A DNA stretch of 64,000 nucleotides from Nitrosopumilaceae archaeon (GTDB taxonomy: Archaea; Thermoproteota; Nitrososphaeria; Nitrososphaerales; Nitrosopumilaceae): NCBI GenBank assembly GCA_965207375.1, contig CBDBMG010000003.1:544001-608000 (forward strand), in the 5' to 3' direction. The position numbers were made by a program, and so were the translations under genes. Under the pieces are notes generated by a model. It searched no databases. It saw only the letters and a program-made list of their open reading frames with translations, and was not told the origin of the DNA. Positions 42,771 through 60,338 of the stretch are shown here, piece after piece. The number at the start of each line of letters is the position of its first letter. Position 1 is the stretch's first letter.

Positions 42771-44608
42771 ACTGAACAAGATTTGTCACATTAATCAACT
42801 ACATGTCATCCACAATGCTCCTGGGCACCTTATTGAAAGTACATACAACAATTCATACAAGATAATAAAGTGGCTGTTAAAAAAACAAGTGAATGTAATC
42901 ATGTAAATGTATGCATGATACGTAGGTATGGCTGTCTCTTCCTTTCCTCCAGAACCTAGCTACGTATATACGTATAAGTGGGAGAATAGTACATGTTATT
43001 AGTGAAAAAAATAAGTAAATGTAATCATATAAGTGTATACATGATAGCTACGGCCATCTGCTGTAGCATCTTCCTTTCCTCCAGAACCAATATAAGTGGG
43101 AAAATATTAGTGAAAAAACAAGTGAATGCAATCATATACGTAGCTAAGTGTATGCATGATAGCTATGGCAGCATCTTCCTTTCCTCCAGAACCTATAAGT
43201 GGGAAAATAATACATGTTATTAGTGCACATTATATATTTTACCTACAATTCTAGCTACTCTGGTAAAATCAGTATATAGCTACGTAGCTACGTACACTTT
43301 CTGTAATTGACAAATATATTACATATAACTACAAGACTCAAGAGGAATATTACAGTCCATAGTACTATAATATTCAAGTTTGTTTGTTGACACTTAAAAT
43401 TTAACTGCTCTGCATACTTTATATAACATTTCTTGTCAGGGCTTACTTATAACTAACATCAATACTTACAAAAAGCAGTGATATAAACACGAAGCCAATC
43501 AGAAGCAGCATTGTAGCTATAGTTATAAGCGACCAAAATCTCTGATATCAGGTAAGGCCAAGAAAATCCTTTTACTTGAATGATATACAATAGTTTACAG
43601 CTTGGCATTTTCACAACTATGATTGGCTTTGTCACTTGGACACCTTTTTTGTACCATCATCATTTTTCTTCTGAAGATCACAAGTTGATGTTTTACCATC
43701 TAAAAATCTAAACTGCTATTTAATGTATTATAATAGTATTTAATGCGCATGAGCAAAGATTCATCACTAAGGAACACATAACAACACAAACAAATTTAAT
43801 TCTTTTGCTTTATACTCCAGTATTTTAGTGATAAAACTTAGTATTTTTATGCCGAAATTCTTACTGTAACACTATATAGGCCTTCTATAAGTTTCACAAC
43901 CCGCATGGCATGCCCACTTTTAAAACTGAAACGCTCCATCATGTTAGTAATGTACAACTAGTTAAACTGTGGAATGAACGGCAAATACAGCATTACCTCT
44001 TCTTTGGCAGTAACTCACGATGTGCTTCATTACTAAGACCCCATCCATCAACCATCAGTAGTATTGATAGTGAGTGCTATATAAAGAAACTGAGAAGCAG
44101 TAGGATTTGTTTGATTGGCTATTCTGACTTCATTTTATGTGTATGGCTTTAATAGCCTGGGGGTGGACACACAGACACACAGACACATACACACCACACA
44201 CACATACACACACACATACACACACACACACACATACACACACATGCACACACGTACGCACGCACGCATACCAACTTCCTGAACAAAAGAAATTTATAGA
44301 AACAAGGCGCATATCTTGTTTGCCTAAGAGTAATGCTATATTGTATAGCTACGTATGTATATTATACTGTAGATACACTTGTACCAGTATAGTGACATCA
44401 CTGCCACTGTTGTATGTTTGAGTTTTAAATGTTGACAATGTGAGATAATAAGATGTTGTGATCATTGTGTAGTAACTATAGTGAGAATAAACTAAAACCC
44501 ACAATCACTTTGTATAAGTAAGAACCTGCTAAATCTTAACAAAGTGTGGAAACTAAAACCCACAATCACTTTGTATAAGTAAGACTATATAAGAACCTGC
44601 TAAATCTT

Positions 44609-44680
44609 AAAGTGTGGATCTACACCAATGAGTTTTGACTAAAAATTTTTGGAAGGCCTCTTCCTGTAGAAGAAGGCTTA
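44609..44680 (+). ncRNA. Putative Sm-class small RNA gene, type I copy 6
   Basis: TATATAA at 44586; variable segment TGTGGATCTACACCAATGAGTTTTGACT (44613-44640); Sm site; hairpin with changed loop (CTGTA) and AGGCTT. Confidence 0.55.
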
Positions 44681-46136
44681 TGTACATAAGTGCACTTATG
44701 TACATAAGTGCAAAGATGAGTGTGTACTTGTGTGACTGGGTTTGCCAAAAGCTGGTGTTGAGACACATAGTCACACACACAATAACCAGACACACCTTTC
44801 GCTACTACTTACGTAAGAGGTCAATTGTATATATTGTTTGTTTGTTTGTACGTAGGTACGTACATATCTGTATGTACTATTGTAGTATGTATGTACGTAC
44901 ATACGTGAGACACATGGTCACACACACACAATAACCAGACACACCTTTCACCACTACTACTTGAGAGGTCAATTGTATATATTGTTTGTTTGTTTGTACG
45001 TAGGTACGTATATATCTATGTATGTATGTATGTACGTATGTATGTTTGTAGTATGTATGTACGTACATACGTACGTACATATGTATGTACGTATGTATGT
45101 GTATGTATGTATGTATGTATGTATGTATGTATGTATGTATGTATGTATGTATGTATGTATGTATGTATGTATGTATGTACGTATGTATGTACATATGTAT
45201 AGAAATTTAATTGTATCGTGATTTTAAAACACCATCAAGTATGGAGTTATGCATGCTCCACAATAATATCGCCAATTAGTTTAAGGATGTTATTTTAGTT
45301 TAGTAAAAATTTTTGACAAGCTGTACTTTTCTAAATATCAATAAAAAGCCATAAATAAACTTTGGTGAAAAATATTTCACTTGGTGATGTTGTTTATTTA
45401 AATACGATAGGAAGGGTGATGTACGTACGCAGGCAATTTGATGCCTGCATGCAGGTCACCGGTTGAACTTGCAAATGGGCATGGGAAAGGTGTGGGTGTC
45501 CATAACGTTCTTCATCAACCCGTAATTATATATAGTTCAATTATAATGTACTGGCCAGTTTTGTACCTTCTAGTTGTCATATCAGTCAGTTGTACTGCCA
45601 TACCTTGCTTGTAAATCGAGACAAGAATTAGGGTAGCTACGTAGTTGTTAACCAGGCGCGTGCCGGCCTTGGCTGGCACACGCCTGGTTTCTTAAAATTG
45701 CTTTTATCCAGAAAGTCGGTATGTGTGTGTGTGTGTGATATAGACAGACAGACACACATGCATACTGACTTCCCAGACAAAAGCAACTTCAAGAAACCAG
45801 CCATGCCCCAACACTCATTTATTTGCACCAAATATTTTCTGAAATATATTTTTCCTTGGAATAAAAAAGGACCACCAATTCAGTTCAGTGTGTAATATCA
45901 ATATACATAGTTACATCACCCTTTTTCTTCTATCAGTGGGAGCAATAAACTGTTAGCACATGTATTTGCATTCTGTGCACAGCAAGTTTATCTACGTACA
46001 TATGCATGTATGTATGGTATTGGAATATACGTACATACTCTTATTAAATTAGGTACACATCTGATTTCTTTAGATTGTTTTTTCCACAGTGTGTGTAAAT
46101 ATGTGTCCTGTGTGTGTCTGCATGTATCTGCATGTG

Positions 46137-46201
<65 letters not shown>

Positions 46202-46615
46202 ATGTGCGTGTGTGCCCCTAATACGTACCAATAATAACTGTACATAAAGTCAATTTTAATAACCGTTTAAGCAAGTTCTACCTATTGCTTACATGTTTAT
46301 ACTTGTCATTAATATTGTTAATGGATGTGGCCTAACTGGCTTAGTAACAAAGCATGTCATAAATGCCTACCAAAGAAGTCTTCATTTCATGCCACATAAG
46401 ATGCTTTTTAGCAGCAGTTGTATTAGTAACAAGACAAAGTACTTTAGTGGGGATGCAATGTGGGTTGTCTTCTTACTAGTTAATAAGTTCCATTTGATTC
46501 TTTGATGTTTTTTCTAAATCTATTATGTACACACACACATGCACACGCACGCACGCACACTTACACACACACACACTAGTAAATTGACATCTTCCTTTTC
46601 CTCATTAACACAGAG

Positions 46616-49971
<3,356 letters not shown>

Positions 49972-50581
49972 GTAAGCTGCATACAATTTACTAACAGTTT
50001 TATGTAATGTTTGTACGTACATACGTAGGTAGAGTTTTTAGGGTTTTGCCCAGGAAGTTTTGAGTGGTGAACTAACGTAAATTAGTCTGACTACATGGTT
50101 TCTATTTAATGCCTGCATCAGTAATTAATGTAAGAATTGTACTGGTTGGTTTTAAGAGGTGCTGGTCACTTTTAAAGATCCTGATTGCTTTGTACCACTG
50201 CCGGCCAGTGTGGGAAGAACCTTGCAATTTTGCAAATGCATACATGTATGTACTGTTTGCATACGTATGTATATACGTACGTACATACATACATACATAC
50301 ATACGTACATACGTATGTACGTACTTACGTACGTACTCGTACGTACGTACTCGTATGTACGTACTCGTACGTACGTACATACCCGTATGTACGTACGTAC
50401 GTAGTACGTACGTACGTACGTACGTACATACATACATACATACCTACATACATACATACATACATACATACATACATACATACATACGTACAATACATAC
50501 ATACATACATACATACATACATACATACATACATACATACATACAGTACATACAGTACATACATACATACATACATACATA

Positions 50582-52047
50582 CAAACAAAGAAAAAAACAA
50601 CGGGCGCCTAAAATATTTTTTGATGGAGGAAGGAGTTGATAAGGCGTGTGCGGAAAACTCGTGTCATGGATATCAAACGACTTCAGGTCAACGATTCTTC
50701 ATACATTGAAGGTACTATTTGTTTAGTAAATGAGTGAATAGGTGCCATGGGGATGGTTTTTCGAGCGTAGGCGCACGAACGGACGCCATAAAACTCGCAA
50801 TGGCTGCTACTTAGGATTGGTGAGGCCGATTTCCTCCATTGTCGGTTTACTGATTCTATATAGTTAGAACGTGCTGAGTCCTTGATAACTAAGCGATAGC
50901 TTTCATGGCGGCTTATTTAGAGCGTTTACAAATTCAGAGCAGTGCTACGTGTAAATAACTCACTTGTTCGTCGCGTACGGCCTACTTCTTCTTGGCCTCG
51001 TGACTCACTATCGTGAGTCTTGATGTATATAGGTATGTATGTATGTATGTATGTATGTATGTATGTATGTATGTATGTATGTATGTATGTATGTATGTAT
51101 GTATGTATGTATGTATGTATGTATGTATGTATGTATGTATGTATTGTTTGTTTCTTTCTTTCTTTCATTTTCATCGCACACTTTTTCGTGGGCTTGCGGG
51201 AGTTTTGCGTGGGCTTGTGGGAGTTTTTCGTGAATCCCGGAAGTTTTTTCAAACTCTCTTTTTGTACATTCACTTGTTTGTCTACTAACTCACTCATGTC
51301 TTCATGGATTTCAGCCAAATTTGTATCAGCATTTCTCCAATTTATGCTCTACCTGTCATACTACTTTCAGCCTGAAGTAAACACTTGAATGTATTTGAAA
51401 AAGGCTATTACACTGCAGGTTGAAAGTTGCCATAACTTGGACCCCCTTGAAATGATTTGTAATAAACTTTCAGATATACAATCTATATTGATGTACCACT
51501 CTGTAGTAAAAATTAAAAAAATATTGTAGGCGTGAGTTTATCAAAATTAAGCTTCAAAGTTACATTTACAATACTGATTGTGTGCAGCATTGTAAATAGG
51601 TAGCTATGTGTGAATCAGCTGAGGTACTGAAAGCTTTATCTTTCTAACTATTTGAATGACATATGCCATTTTCTGAATGATCTATGGTGAAAGTCAATTG
51701 GCAAGTAGCAGCAGCAGCAACAGCATAAGGATGATGAAGCGAAGCTGAGTACTATCATGTTGTAGTAAGAATGCTAATTTTTAGCAACTTCTCCAACAAT
51801 TTCTTCATAACATTTCTTAGAATCTCTAACAAAAAGAAGTGATATGCTAAACAAAAACACCTTGGGTGTAAAAAAAGTGCAAGGCCAATCAGAAGCCACA
51901 ATGGTTATATAAGCGACCAAAAACTCTGATATCAAGTAAGGCCAAGAAGTTGAACATTTTATTAAGAATTCTTTCACTTGAATGACATACAATAGTTTAC
52001 AGGGCACTTTCACAACTATGATTGGCTTTGTCACTTGGCCACTTATA
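50582..52047. mobile_element. Family A copy with inverted head segment
   Basis: 50582-51023 is the reverse complement of the family A head. 51145-52047 continues forward and stops at the palindrome centre. Confidence 0.75.
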
Positions 52048-52204
52048 ATTTTAAACAATACTGATAAATTTTTGATATAATAACTTATACATAGCTACCT
52101 TAATTTGCTCAGTGAATTTGCATGTTTACACATTGTTATGTAATACGTAAGTTATTCACTCTAATTGTCCGTCTGCTTCACTTATCCCTTAACCATTTTA
52201 AGCA

Positions 52205-53165
52205 TACATGCCTTCCATATTGGCTCACAATCGGGCATTATGTCTTATGAAGGCTGAGTATCTAGTGACTGTACCCTTGACAGCGATAAATATATTGTGG
52301 GATTCGATTATTTTACATTGGTAGTTATACTGTTTCACTTGGAGGCCTCAATCCAACTAATTATAGTCATTGATGGACCTTTGTTTATTGATTTCTTACG
52401 TACGCATACATGGCTCAATATTATATATGTCTGATACTCCAATATCTGACTATCCTATTACAGAAACATAAAGAGTAGTAAAACCTGACCACTTTAATAG
52501 ACTGTTGGACTGTTCTATTAGAGTGTATTGAGTTTCCTGCAGGTTTTTCATAATATTAATTTACTTGCAAAATTCCTAGAATTACAATTCTTTTCATTAT
52601 GCTATACCGTACTCGTACAAATTTTCGAGGGACGTATATTTCGCGAATGCCACAAATTCAGCATTTTCGCGATTTTATTTTCGAGGATCACAGGATTTTG
52701 TATTGGTAGATTATGTGGGCACTATATTAATTTGAGGATTTAATTTTCGTGGACCACACGTTATCCGCGAAAACAGCGAAATTTACGTCCCTCGAAAATT
52801 TGTACGAGTACGGTAAGTTATTCTGGTACAATTACCGCAGCCTTATGTGGTACAACGTGTATGAGACAAACAATAGCTATAGTCAGGTTTTACTATTCTT
52901 TATGTTACTGTAATAGAACAGTCAGATATTGGAGTAATGAAGTATCAGACATGTATAATATTGAGCCATGTATGCGTATGTAAGAAATCAATAAACAAAG
53001 GTCCAGTAATTAGTTGGATTGAGACCTCCAAGTGAAACAGTATAACTACCAATGTAAATAATCGAATCCCACAATACATTTATCGCTGCCAAGGGTACAG
53101 TCACTAGATGCTCAGCCTTCGTAAGACCTACTGCCTGATTGTGAGCCGATATGGAAGGCATGTAT
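52205..53165. mobile_element. Long-TIR (foldback-like) element with a nested MITE at 52607-52813
   Basis: About 260-bp inverted arms (52205-52463 and 52909-53165). Nested CCGTACTCGTACAAATTTTCGAGGGACGTA TIRs with TA flanks. Confidence 0.75.
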
Positions 53166-53393
53166 ATAAACTTCTTTAAAACTACTTTATGTTTATAATT
53201 GTGATTAGCTTTATTTGTGATAAAATATTGTATCGTGATATAGCTAAGCATCATGATGTACAGTTATATAAAAATATTATCACTAATCATTACCATACAG
53301 TAGTTATATAGAGTTATAAATGTATACTTCACCAGTATTTGGCATACCACATATACAAGCAATATTGGCACTTCTACTCAGAATTCATTGTGA

Positions 53394-54916
53394 TTATCTG
53401 CATACAAGGTCTTTCTTTTCAGGACAAGAATTTCTTAAAGAGAACGCTTTTAGTGATCCTCCCATGTTAGTTATTAAAGCTGAAGTGTATGGACCAGCTC
53501 CAGAGAAGTTGTTAGTATAACACATCACTGGTGACTGTTGGTAGTGATCATTCACTGACACTGGAATAGTTTGCACCTTGCAGCCATTTAGTAGTGACCA
53601 CACATTAATGCTTGACTGACTTGCTAACAAAGTACAAATAATATAATGCAAACATGTAAAATGTGTAGTTATAAAATTATATACATACGTAGCTACATGC
53701 CTATGAACTACGTACATACAGCTACATAGCTATGTACATACGCAACACAATTTTACACTAGTAAAATGTGCGTACATAAGTATGTATACATTAGCTACAC
53801 ATACGTACTTAGCTATGTATAGTCTAGTACGATTACTGTGATAATATGCATACGTACATACGTATATTAGCTATATAGCTGTAGTTCCAATATAATGTAC
53901 ACATGTAGCAGCACTATGGCTATGTAGCAAACAAACAAAACTTACCAGAAAATAACAATGTTTCTTCACTATCAATAATACTCTTTGTATAGTTAAAAGT
54001 TGATTCATCTGTCACACCATGAGAGAATGGTAACACTACTCTCATTATCCTCAAGTCCCACTGTAATAGCTACAATTATTATCAAAGTGTAATATTTGGC
54101 CATCAATAATATACCATATAGCGCAAAGTTTGATGGTGGAAAACTTTGACAAATTTAACAAAAGGATAGCAATTCATCAAACCTTTTCCTGCCAACCTTC
54201 TTTTAATGCATCTCCTTTGAAACCCACAATCAGTTCGTCAAAATTTTGCTCGTCAAGTTTCAGTCATCAAAGTTTTTCCCTATCAAATTTTTGTGCTATA
54301 CAGTATACGCATCTTATCCAAGATGCCCAAGGTATATGAAATCAAAATGGGTGGATGAAGAAGGCCAGTGTAGACTAATGTTAATACTGATGGAAATTAA
54401 ATTTTAATAATCACAATTCAGACTGCAAAACATTAAGTTATCACAAGAGTTCATAATAAAAGAAGGGAGAGCTCTTGGTTATCAATTTGTGAAAATTATT
54501 GCCCAGTGGCCTTGGCTGCCCATTTTGATTTCACAACTTTTCATCTAATGGACACAACCTTTGGTGTTTTAGTTAAATTGGTTGAGATTTAATGTCTTTT
54601 AAAACAGTGATTTTAATGTATAAACTACGTAGCTAAAAGTAATCGCACACAAATAAACCTAAACATAGAAGAACTGTTGATATGATTATCCACAACTTTA
54701 GTATGTACCATACAATTATAGTACACAACTCACTTTTCCATTGGCTGAAGTAGATATCAAATAATTCTCATCACGTAACATCTTGAGGCAAGTGACAGAG
54801 TTACCAATCCTAACATAAACTTGGAGCTTAATGACAGGTGTACTATCACCATCAATGTTCCTAATGTCCCATAGCAAAATCTCTCCACTTCTGGTCCCAC
54901 AGGCAATGTAAGGTGT
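53394..54916 (-). CDS. DCAF4: DCAF4-like WD40 protein, last three exons (54916-54734, 54069-53946, 53623-53394)
   Basis: TPYIACGTRSGEILLWDIR...NSVTCLKMLRDENYLISTSANGK | LLQWDLR...EETLLFS | ASQSSINVWSLLNGCKVQTIP...stop. All junctions are GT-AG and in phase, and the protein parallels the DCAF4 C-terminus (GCRSGEIFAIDLR, LQDEQYLMASDMAGK, LWDLR, RIWSL). Confidence 0.75.
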
Positions 54917-55292
54917 CTACAAGTGATAGTTACGTATATGTGCATATATATTCGTACTGTATATGTACGTACGTACAATGAGAAAAATTATGTATTTTCC
55001 TACTAAAAATCATGAATTAAAATAAAATTTGTGTTGATCTATCCTGATACCACACAATCTTTATGTTTCATAGCTATAGCTATATGTACAATAGTCCATC
55101 AGGGAGCTTCTATATGTGTGGTATAGCTATTAGAGATTTAGACAGAAGATAACAGGTTATATAGTTCATACCATTGTTCCTAGTTGAGTAGATAGTACAT
55201 GACTATTAGTGTATATGTGTTCTAAATATTGATCCACTTGAATACTTCTTAAACATATACCTTTGTGACCACCTACGTAGATAGGAGTGGTG

Positions 55293-55330
<38 letters not shown>

Positions 55331-56502
55331 ACAGTATATTCCATGTTATTCAAGCAGTTCAATAAATACATATTATTTCACAGTGGGAGTTTTGATAACC
55401 ATCATGACCGACAATGATACGTAGATGCATGTGAGTACAGTTTGTTATTCAAGCAGTATAATACATTTTATTACGTACAGTGGAAGTTTTGTTAACCATG
55501 GTGACCAACACTTCCGTTCAACATGGTGACCAACACTACCAACACTGCAGTTTTGTTAACCAACACTGCCGTTCATAGAATAAAAGCCATGGCCAGTTAT
55601 ATAAAATAGAATTGGTAACTGGTAGTATGTCTGTGTTATTTGAGACAAATAAATTTGTTTAACAGGTTATTACTATTTCATTTCACTGTGACTAATAGCT
55701 TGGGGGCGGACACATGCATACATCAATTTCAAGAAACCAGGCCTGGTTTCAAAAGAGCAAGTGTCCAACCATAATATGTGACTGAAAAATGGTTCCAAAT
55801 CACAAATTTGTATTTGGTTATATTTATCACTACCATATGAACAGTATCATATTCCAAAATACTTCATAATAGTATGTGGAATTCATGGCTAAAATTCCGA
55901 GAAATATTCTAGAATTATATATGCATAAATAGAAATACATGCAGAAATACACTGAATTACATGTGTGATTTGGAACTATTTTCCAAAATCCGGTCCAGCT
56001 CTGGGAAAACCCACCATGTTCGCACTTGGTAATATTTCGAGAAATACCATTTTAAAATATTCAATTGATTAAAACAATCTGCTGCCTGTAGCTGGCCATT
56101 TAATATTATAGCAGCAAAAACACACCAATCTATTAGCTTTCATATAGCTAACCTTGTTGATGTCTGATGGCTGGATTTCAGGGCTTTTGAAATGATTTTT
56201 TTCTGGTGTGTACTAATTTCAGGCCAGCGTAGTAAGGGGTGGGCAGGTGGGATGGAGGGGAGGGAGGAGGCCCCAGCAAACCATTAAGCTCTGTTTAGAG
56301 CAGGAAAAGCCACCAAAAGTAGCCAGAAGGTGCCCATACCACATCACAAGGCCATAAGGGATATCTAGCTAGCAGTGGGAGCAGTTTCATGTCTCATCTG
56401 GTTATGGCACACTCAGACCATTAATACATAGTGTTGCAACATTTCAACACAAAAGGTTGCACAAACACAACCAGGGATTGGCTGTTGTTACTAGTGGTTT
56501 CA

Positions 56503-56588
<86 letters not shown>

Positions 56589-57175
56589 TATGTACTCTAA
56601 AGGTATCCTTGACGAAGTGTCAGCATATGTGACCGGCTCTGTGAAAACCCTCCACTTTTGCACAAAAACTGATATCCATTTTATTACACAAGATTATAAC
56701 TACACTCAGGGACTATCCGTACACAGTGTCTCTATTGGCCAATGTGAAGCGGTCTGCTTTTCTGGAGGGCATTTTGCCGACCCTGTAAAGTCACGAATGT
56801 GATAATGGCACCAATGGAAGGCACCAATTGGGTGTGAAAAATTATATCGTGTTATCATTATATATGTTATAGTTATATCACGAGTGTGATATCATTGTTA
56901 TTACACTTGGAGGATGAGTGTTAATAACAATGATATCGCCATGTCCTGATATTTTTTCTTTTGCTCCTTCACCCAAGTTTTGAATAGGCCCTCTCTCGAA
57001 GTTAAATGACTGTTAAGGCCATAGCGAGTGAGCATCGTGGCTTGTATCACAGCCCTAACAAGAAACATTTTGTACTATAACAATGATCCATATAATTATA
57101 TACATAAATGTAGCCATTAAGGATTATGTACATAGGTGGTTAAACCAAACTATTTAATTTCGTATGAGTGACTAC

Positions 57176-57563
57176 TAGTGCTGGGACAAATGGTAGAATA
57201 TTCGAACATTCATTCGTTAAGTAACTTTCAACAAATATTTTGTTTTACCAAACCTTCGTAACTATGGCAATTACTAAGTTCTAAGTAATTACTTTTAATT
57301 TGTAGATTCAAAAATTCAGAAAAGAGGTTTGAAAATTGCATTTCAACTTGTGTTGTGACACTATCTCTGTACATTTCTTATTTATTATGCAGAGAAAGTG
57401 TCACAATATAAGTTAAGTTTTAAGTTCCTAACCTATTTTCTGTTATTAAACTGAACAAATGTTCTTATAAGAAATGAATCAAGTGAAACAAACTATTCGA
57501 ACATTCATTCGTTTCAATAATAGAACCTTCGAATGTGGAAAATATACATTCGTCCTAGCACTA
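57176..57563. mobile_element. hAT-type MITE
   Basis: TAGTGCTGGGAC / GTCCTAGCACTA; TSD GTGACTAC. Confidence 0.85.
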
Positions 57564-58231
57564 GTGACTACCCAAAATTGAATCTAACACTTTTAATGTA
57601 AATATCTGGGCAGTATTTCTCTGCAACCCATTTCAATTTTGGGATGGTACAGAACAAAGGTGTTACATATCTTATCACACTGGTTTCACCACATATAATG
57701 CATGTGCTGATTCATCCTAGGATATGTGGTAATTTTCTATGTTCTCTACCATCCTTGGCTAGCATCAACCAACACACACTAGACTTAAGGTGTGAACATA
57801 AAACATTAAATGTACCATACATTTACTCTTCCAACCCCACATAAATCCCTTTACTGCAATAACCTGGTAAACCCATCTATGTACATGCTAGAAAAACAAT
57901 TTGCAGAGAAGGTTCAACTAGATTTTAAAACTCTTGTTCCGAGCTTCTAATAATTTCAGGCACCTATATATTAAGATTGCATCTGAAATAAGCCAACATG
58001 TCAAAGAAGGACCAAGCCCCTTTGCACTTTAGAGTAGTGACGACATTCTGTAGCAGCTATAATCAACATACGTACACAAGATGATATTACCTTAATCATA
58101 CAAGTGAAATACATACAAGCTGGCTATATAGCTACGTATCAGCAGCAAATAAAAGTTGTGGATTATATAATTAGTCCATACAGACAGTTTAGTAAATATC
58201 GTATGTAGGTCCACTGAGCATTTTCAAATGT

Positions 58232-59076
58232 TTACAATACACTTAAAACAGAATTAAGTACCAAATCCAGTGGCAACACTTTCCGGCATTTTAAAGATGT
58301 ACATGTTGCCATCACAAAGTCAGGTCAGTTTGAGCAATCTCGTTTCATTTAACTTGTCTACTTCGATGATGATCCCATAAATGGTGGCCTGGTTGATCAG
58401 TATTCCCTGTGCCAAAACTTCCATGGCCATGGACGTTACTACTGCTGACATATTACGTAAACACTCCGATTCGGGGTAATCTCCCTCATCAGTTAATTTT
58501 ATTTCACTCACTAACCCTTTTATCACCTCTACAGTGGGGACATCCTTAACAACAGACACCACACAGCATCTCATCACTCCTGGAGGCACCAATTGATCTT
58601 TACGAATGACTAGATCAGACTTAGACTTCGCATACTCATTTACCTCTTCGGGTAAAATTCCCTTACCAAGATTCTTGATGTTTTCTTTCCTAGGTACCAC
58701 AATGTACTCATCTGGTAACACCTTTACAAAGTACTCGTATATCCAGTCATTAAATGGTATCTCTGAGTTTACATTCTTCTTAGCCATGTGTAGTTCTCTC
58801 TTTCTTTCGTATAGGGCACATTTAAGGTCTGCCACTGTACCTGTTATGGTACCATCTGTCATTTCGGTATTATCCTGTCCATCATTTTGTCTACATCTAT
58901 GACGGAGACTACATCACGACCTAGCACCTTCTCCAGTTCAGCCTTTCTGATAAATTTGTCTCTGTATGTAGTCAAATTTTCAAGATCAATACCAGGAAGC
59001 ATAGCATTAATGATACTATTAAGTACTACCGTACTTAATGATATTAAGCCCATCATGAAAGTATTTAAAAGAACCT
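58232..59076 (-). pseudogene. Frameshifted ORF, possible PD-(D/E)xK (restriction-endonuclease-like) fold
   Basis: A coding-like reading of about 270 aa is broken at about 59014-59041, 58865 and 58322. It has KSDLVI...SEIK spacing followed by a predicted helix. The family assignment is inference. Confidence 0.4.
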
Positions 59077-59289
59077 GGCTAGCTTAATGGTTAGTTACCT
59101 GCACAATGAGCCCATCCAATATCATTCTCCCTATATATCTTTAACACGATTGGAAGTAGAGATTTTATAGCTAGTCACTATTCAAACTTTCTTGATTTCA
59201 GATTTCAATGTTTTAATGATTTCAAATAAGATTTCAGGTAGAGTGTACAAGATTTGGCAATACTCAGCCTCTATAGCTACCTACTGTTG

Positions 59290-59890
59290 ACCTTGAAAAT
59301 GACCTTGGAGTGTTTATTGATAATCGGCTAAAATTTCATCACCATACTGCTACCATTGCCAAAGCAAACTGTGTTCTAGCTATCATTAACAAGTCCTTTG
59401 CCAGTCTAGATGTATAGATTACAATTAATGTTTCCCATCAGTTTTGTATAAAGCACTAGTTCGACCAATACTTGAATATGCGAATGCCATCTGGGGTCCC
59501 TTCTTTGTCACTCATAAGATTTCCATTGAGAAAGTTCAGAAATGTGCCAAAGATGGTCTCAACCATTAAGAACTTACCTATACCCTGGCTATATAATGAA
59601 TATTTAAAATTACCATCTTTGTAGCTACTACCGCTGCAAGAGAGGTGATATGATTCTACTGTGCCAAATCTTTCATAGATAGATTGACATTATACTAGAA
59701 CCCCTCCAATATTTTTACCCCTGCAACAATCAGCACAATCATGCAGAGGACATAATTTTAAGAATTTCAAATCTCACTCTCAATATTTAACCAGATCTAA
59801 CTTTTAGTATTCGTGTATGATTAATGAATGCCGCCTAGCTAAATTAATAAATCCTTATTGGATGAACACTGGAAAAACTTCATAATTTAT
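59290..59890 (+). mobile_element. Degenerate CR1/L2-like LINE fragment
   Basis: DLGVFIDNRLKFH...LYKALVRPILEYANAIWGP...IEKVQK...RGDMI, with stops and frameshifts. Confidence 0.8.
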
Positions 59891-60247
59891 TAGAGCAAAG
59901 GAAGTTGCGTGCAATCATATACGTTACGCGTATTATGCGGCCGGGATTTTGAAGGTGAAAAAATCGTACACGTGTTTGTCATCAAACATTCGCTTCCAAG
60001 CTTTGGCTTTTATCTTAACTCGTAGCTAACCATATAGCTCCATGCTGAATCCTTTTTTGAAGCTTGCTATCGATCACAGCTGCAGTTAGCTACTTTGCCA
60101 AAAAAGGAATTGAAATACACGGCGCGCGTCTGATATAACTAAATTGCCTAATGCGTTTATCTTATACCAAAACTATCGTTCTCTATTAAACTTTCCGTAT
60201 AAATTGTGAACTATCGTTCTCTATTAAACTTCTTTCCGTATAAATTG

Positions 60248-60338
60248 TAGCCTCACGTAGCCAGCCCGCTTTTTCCCTTTTTTATTTATGCGCCCCCACA
60301 AATAAAACGGGAAAAAGCGGACTGGCTATGCGAGACTA
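60248..60338. mobile_element. 91-bp hairpin MITE
   Basis: TAGCCTCACGTAGCCAG / CTGGCTATGCGAGACTA; 9-bp direct flanks TATAAATTG. Confidence 0.75.

Noticed and set aside
53320-53520. Plus-strand ORF as a last exon of the 46.6-50 kb gene
   Set aside because: It overlaps the better-supported minus-strand DCAF4-like terminal exon.
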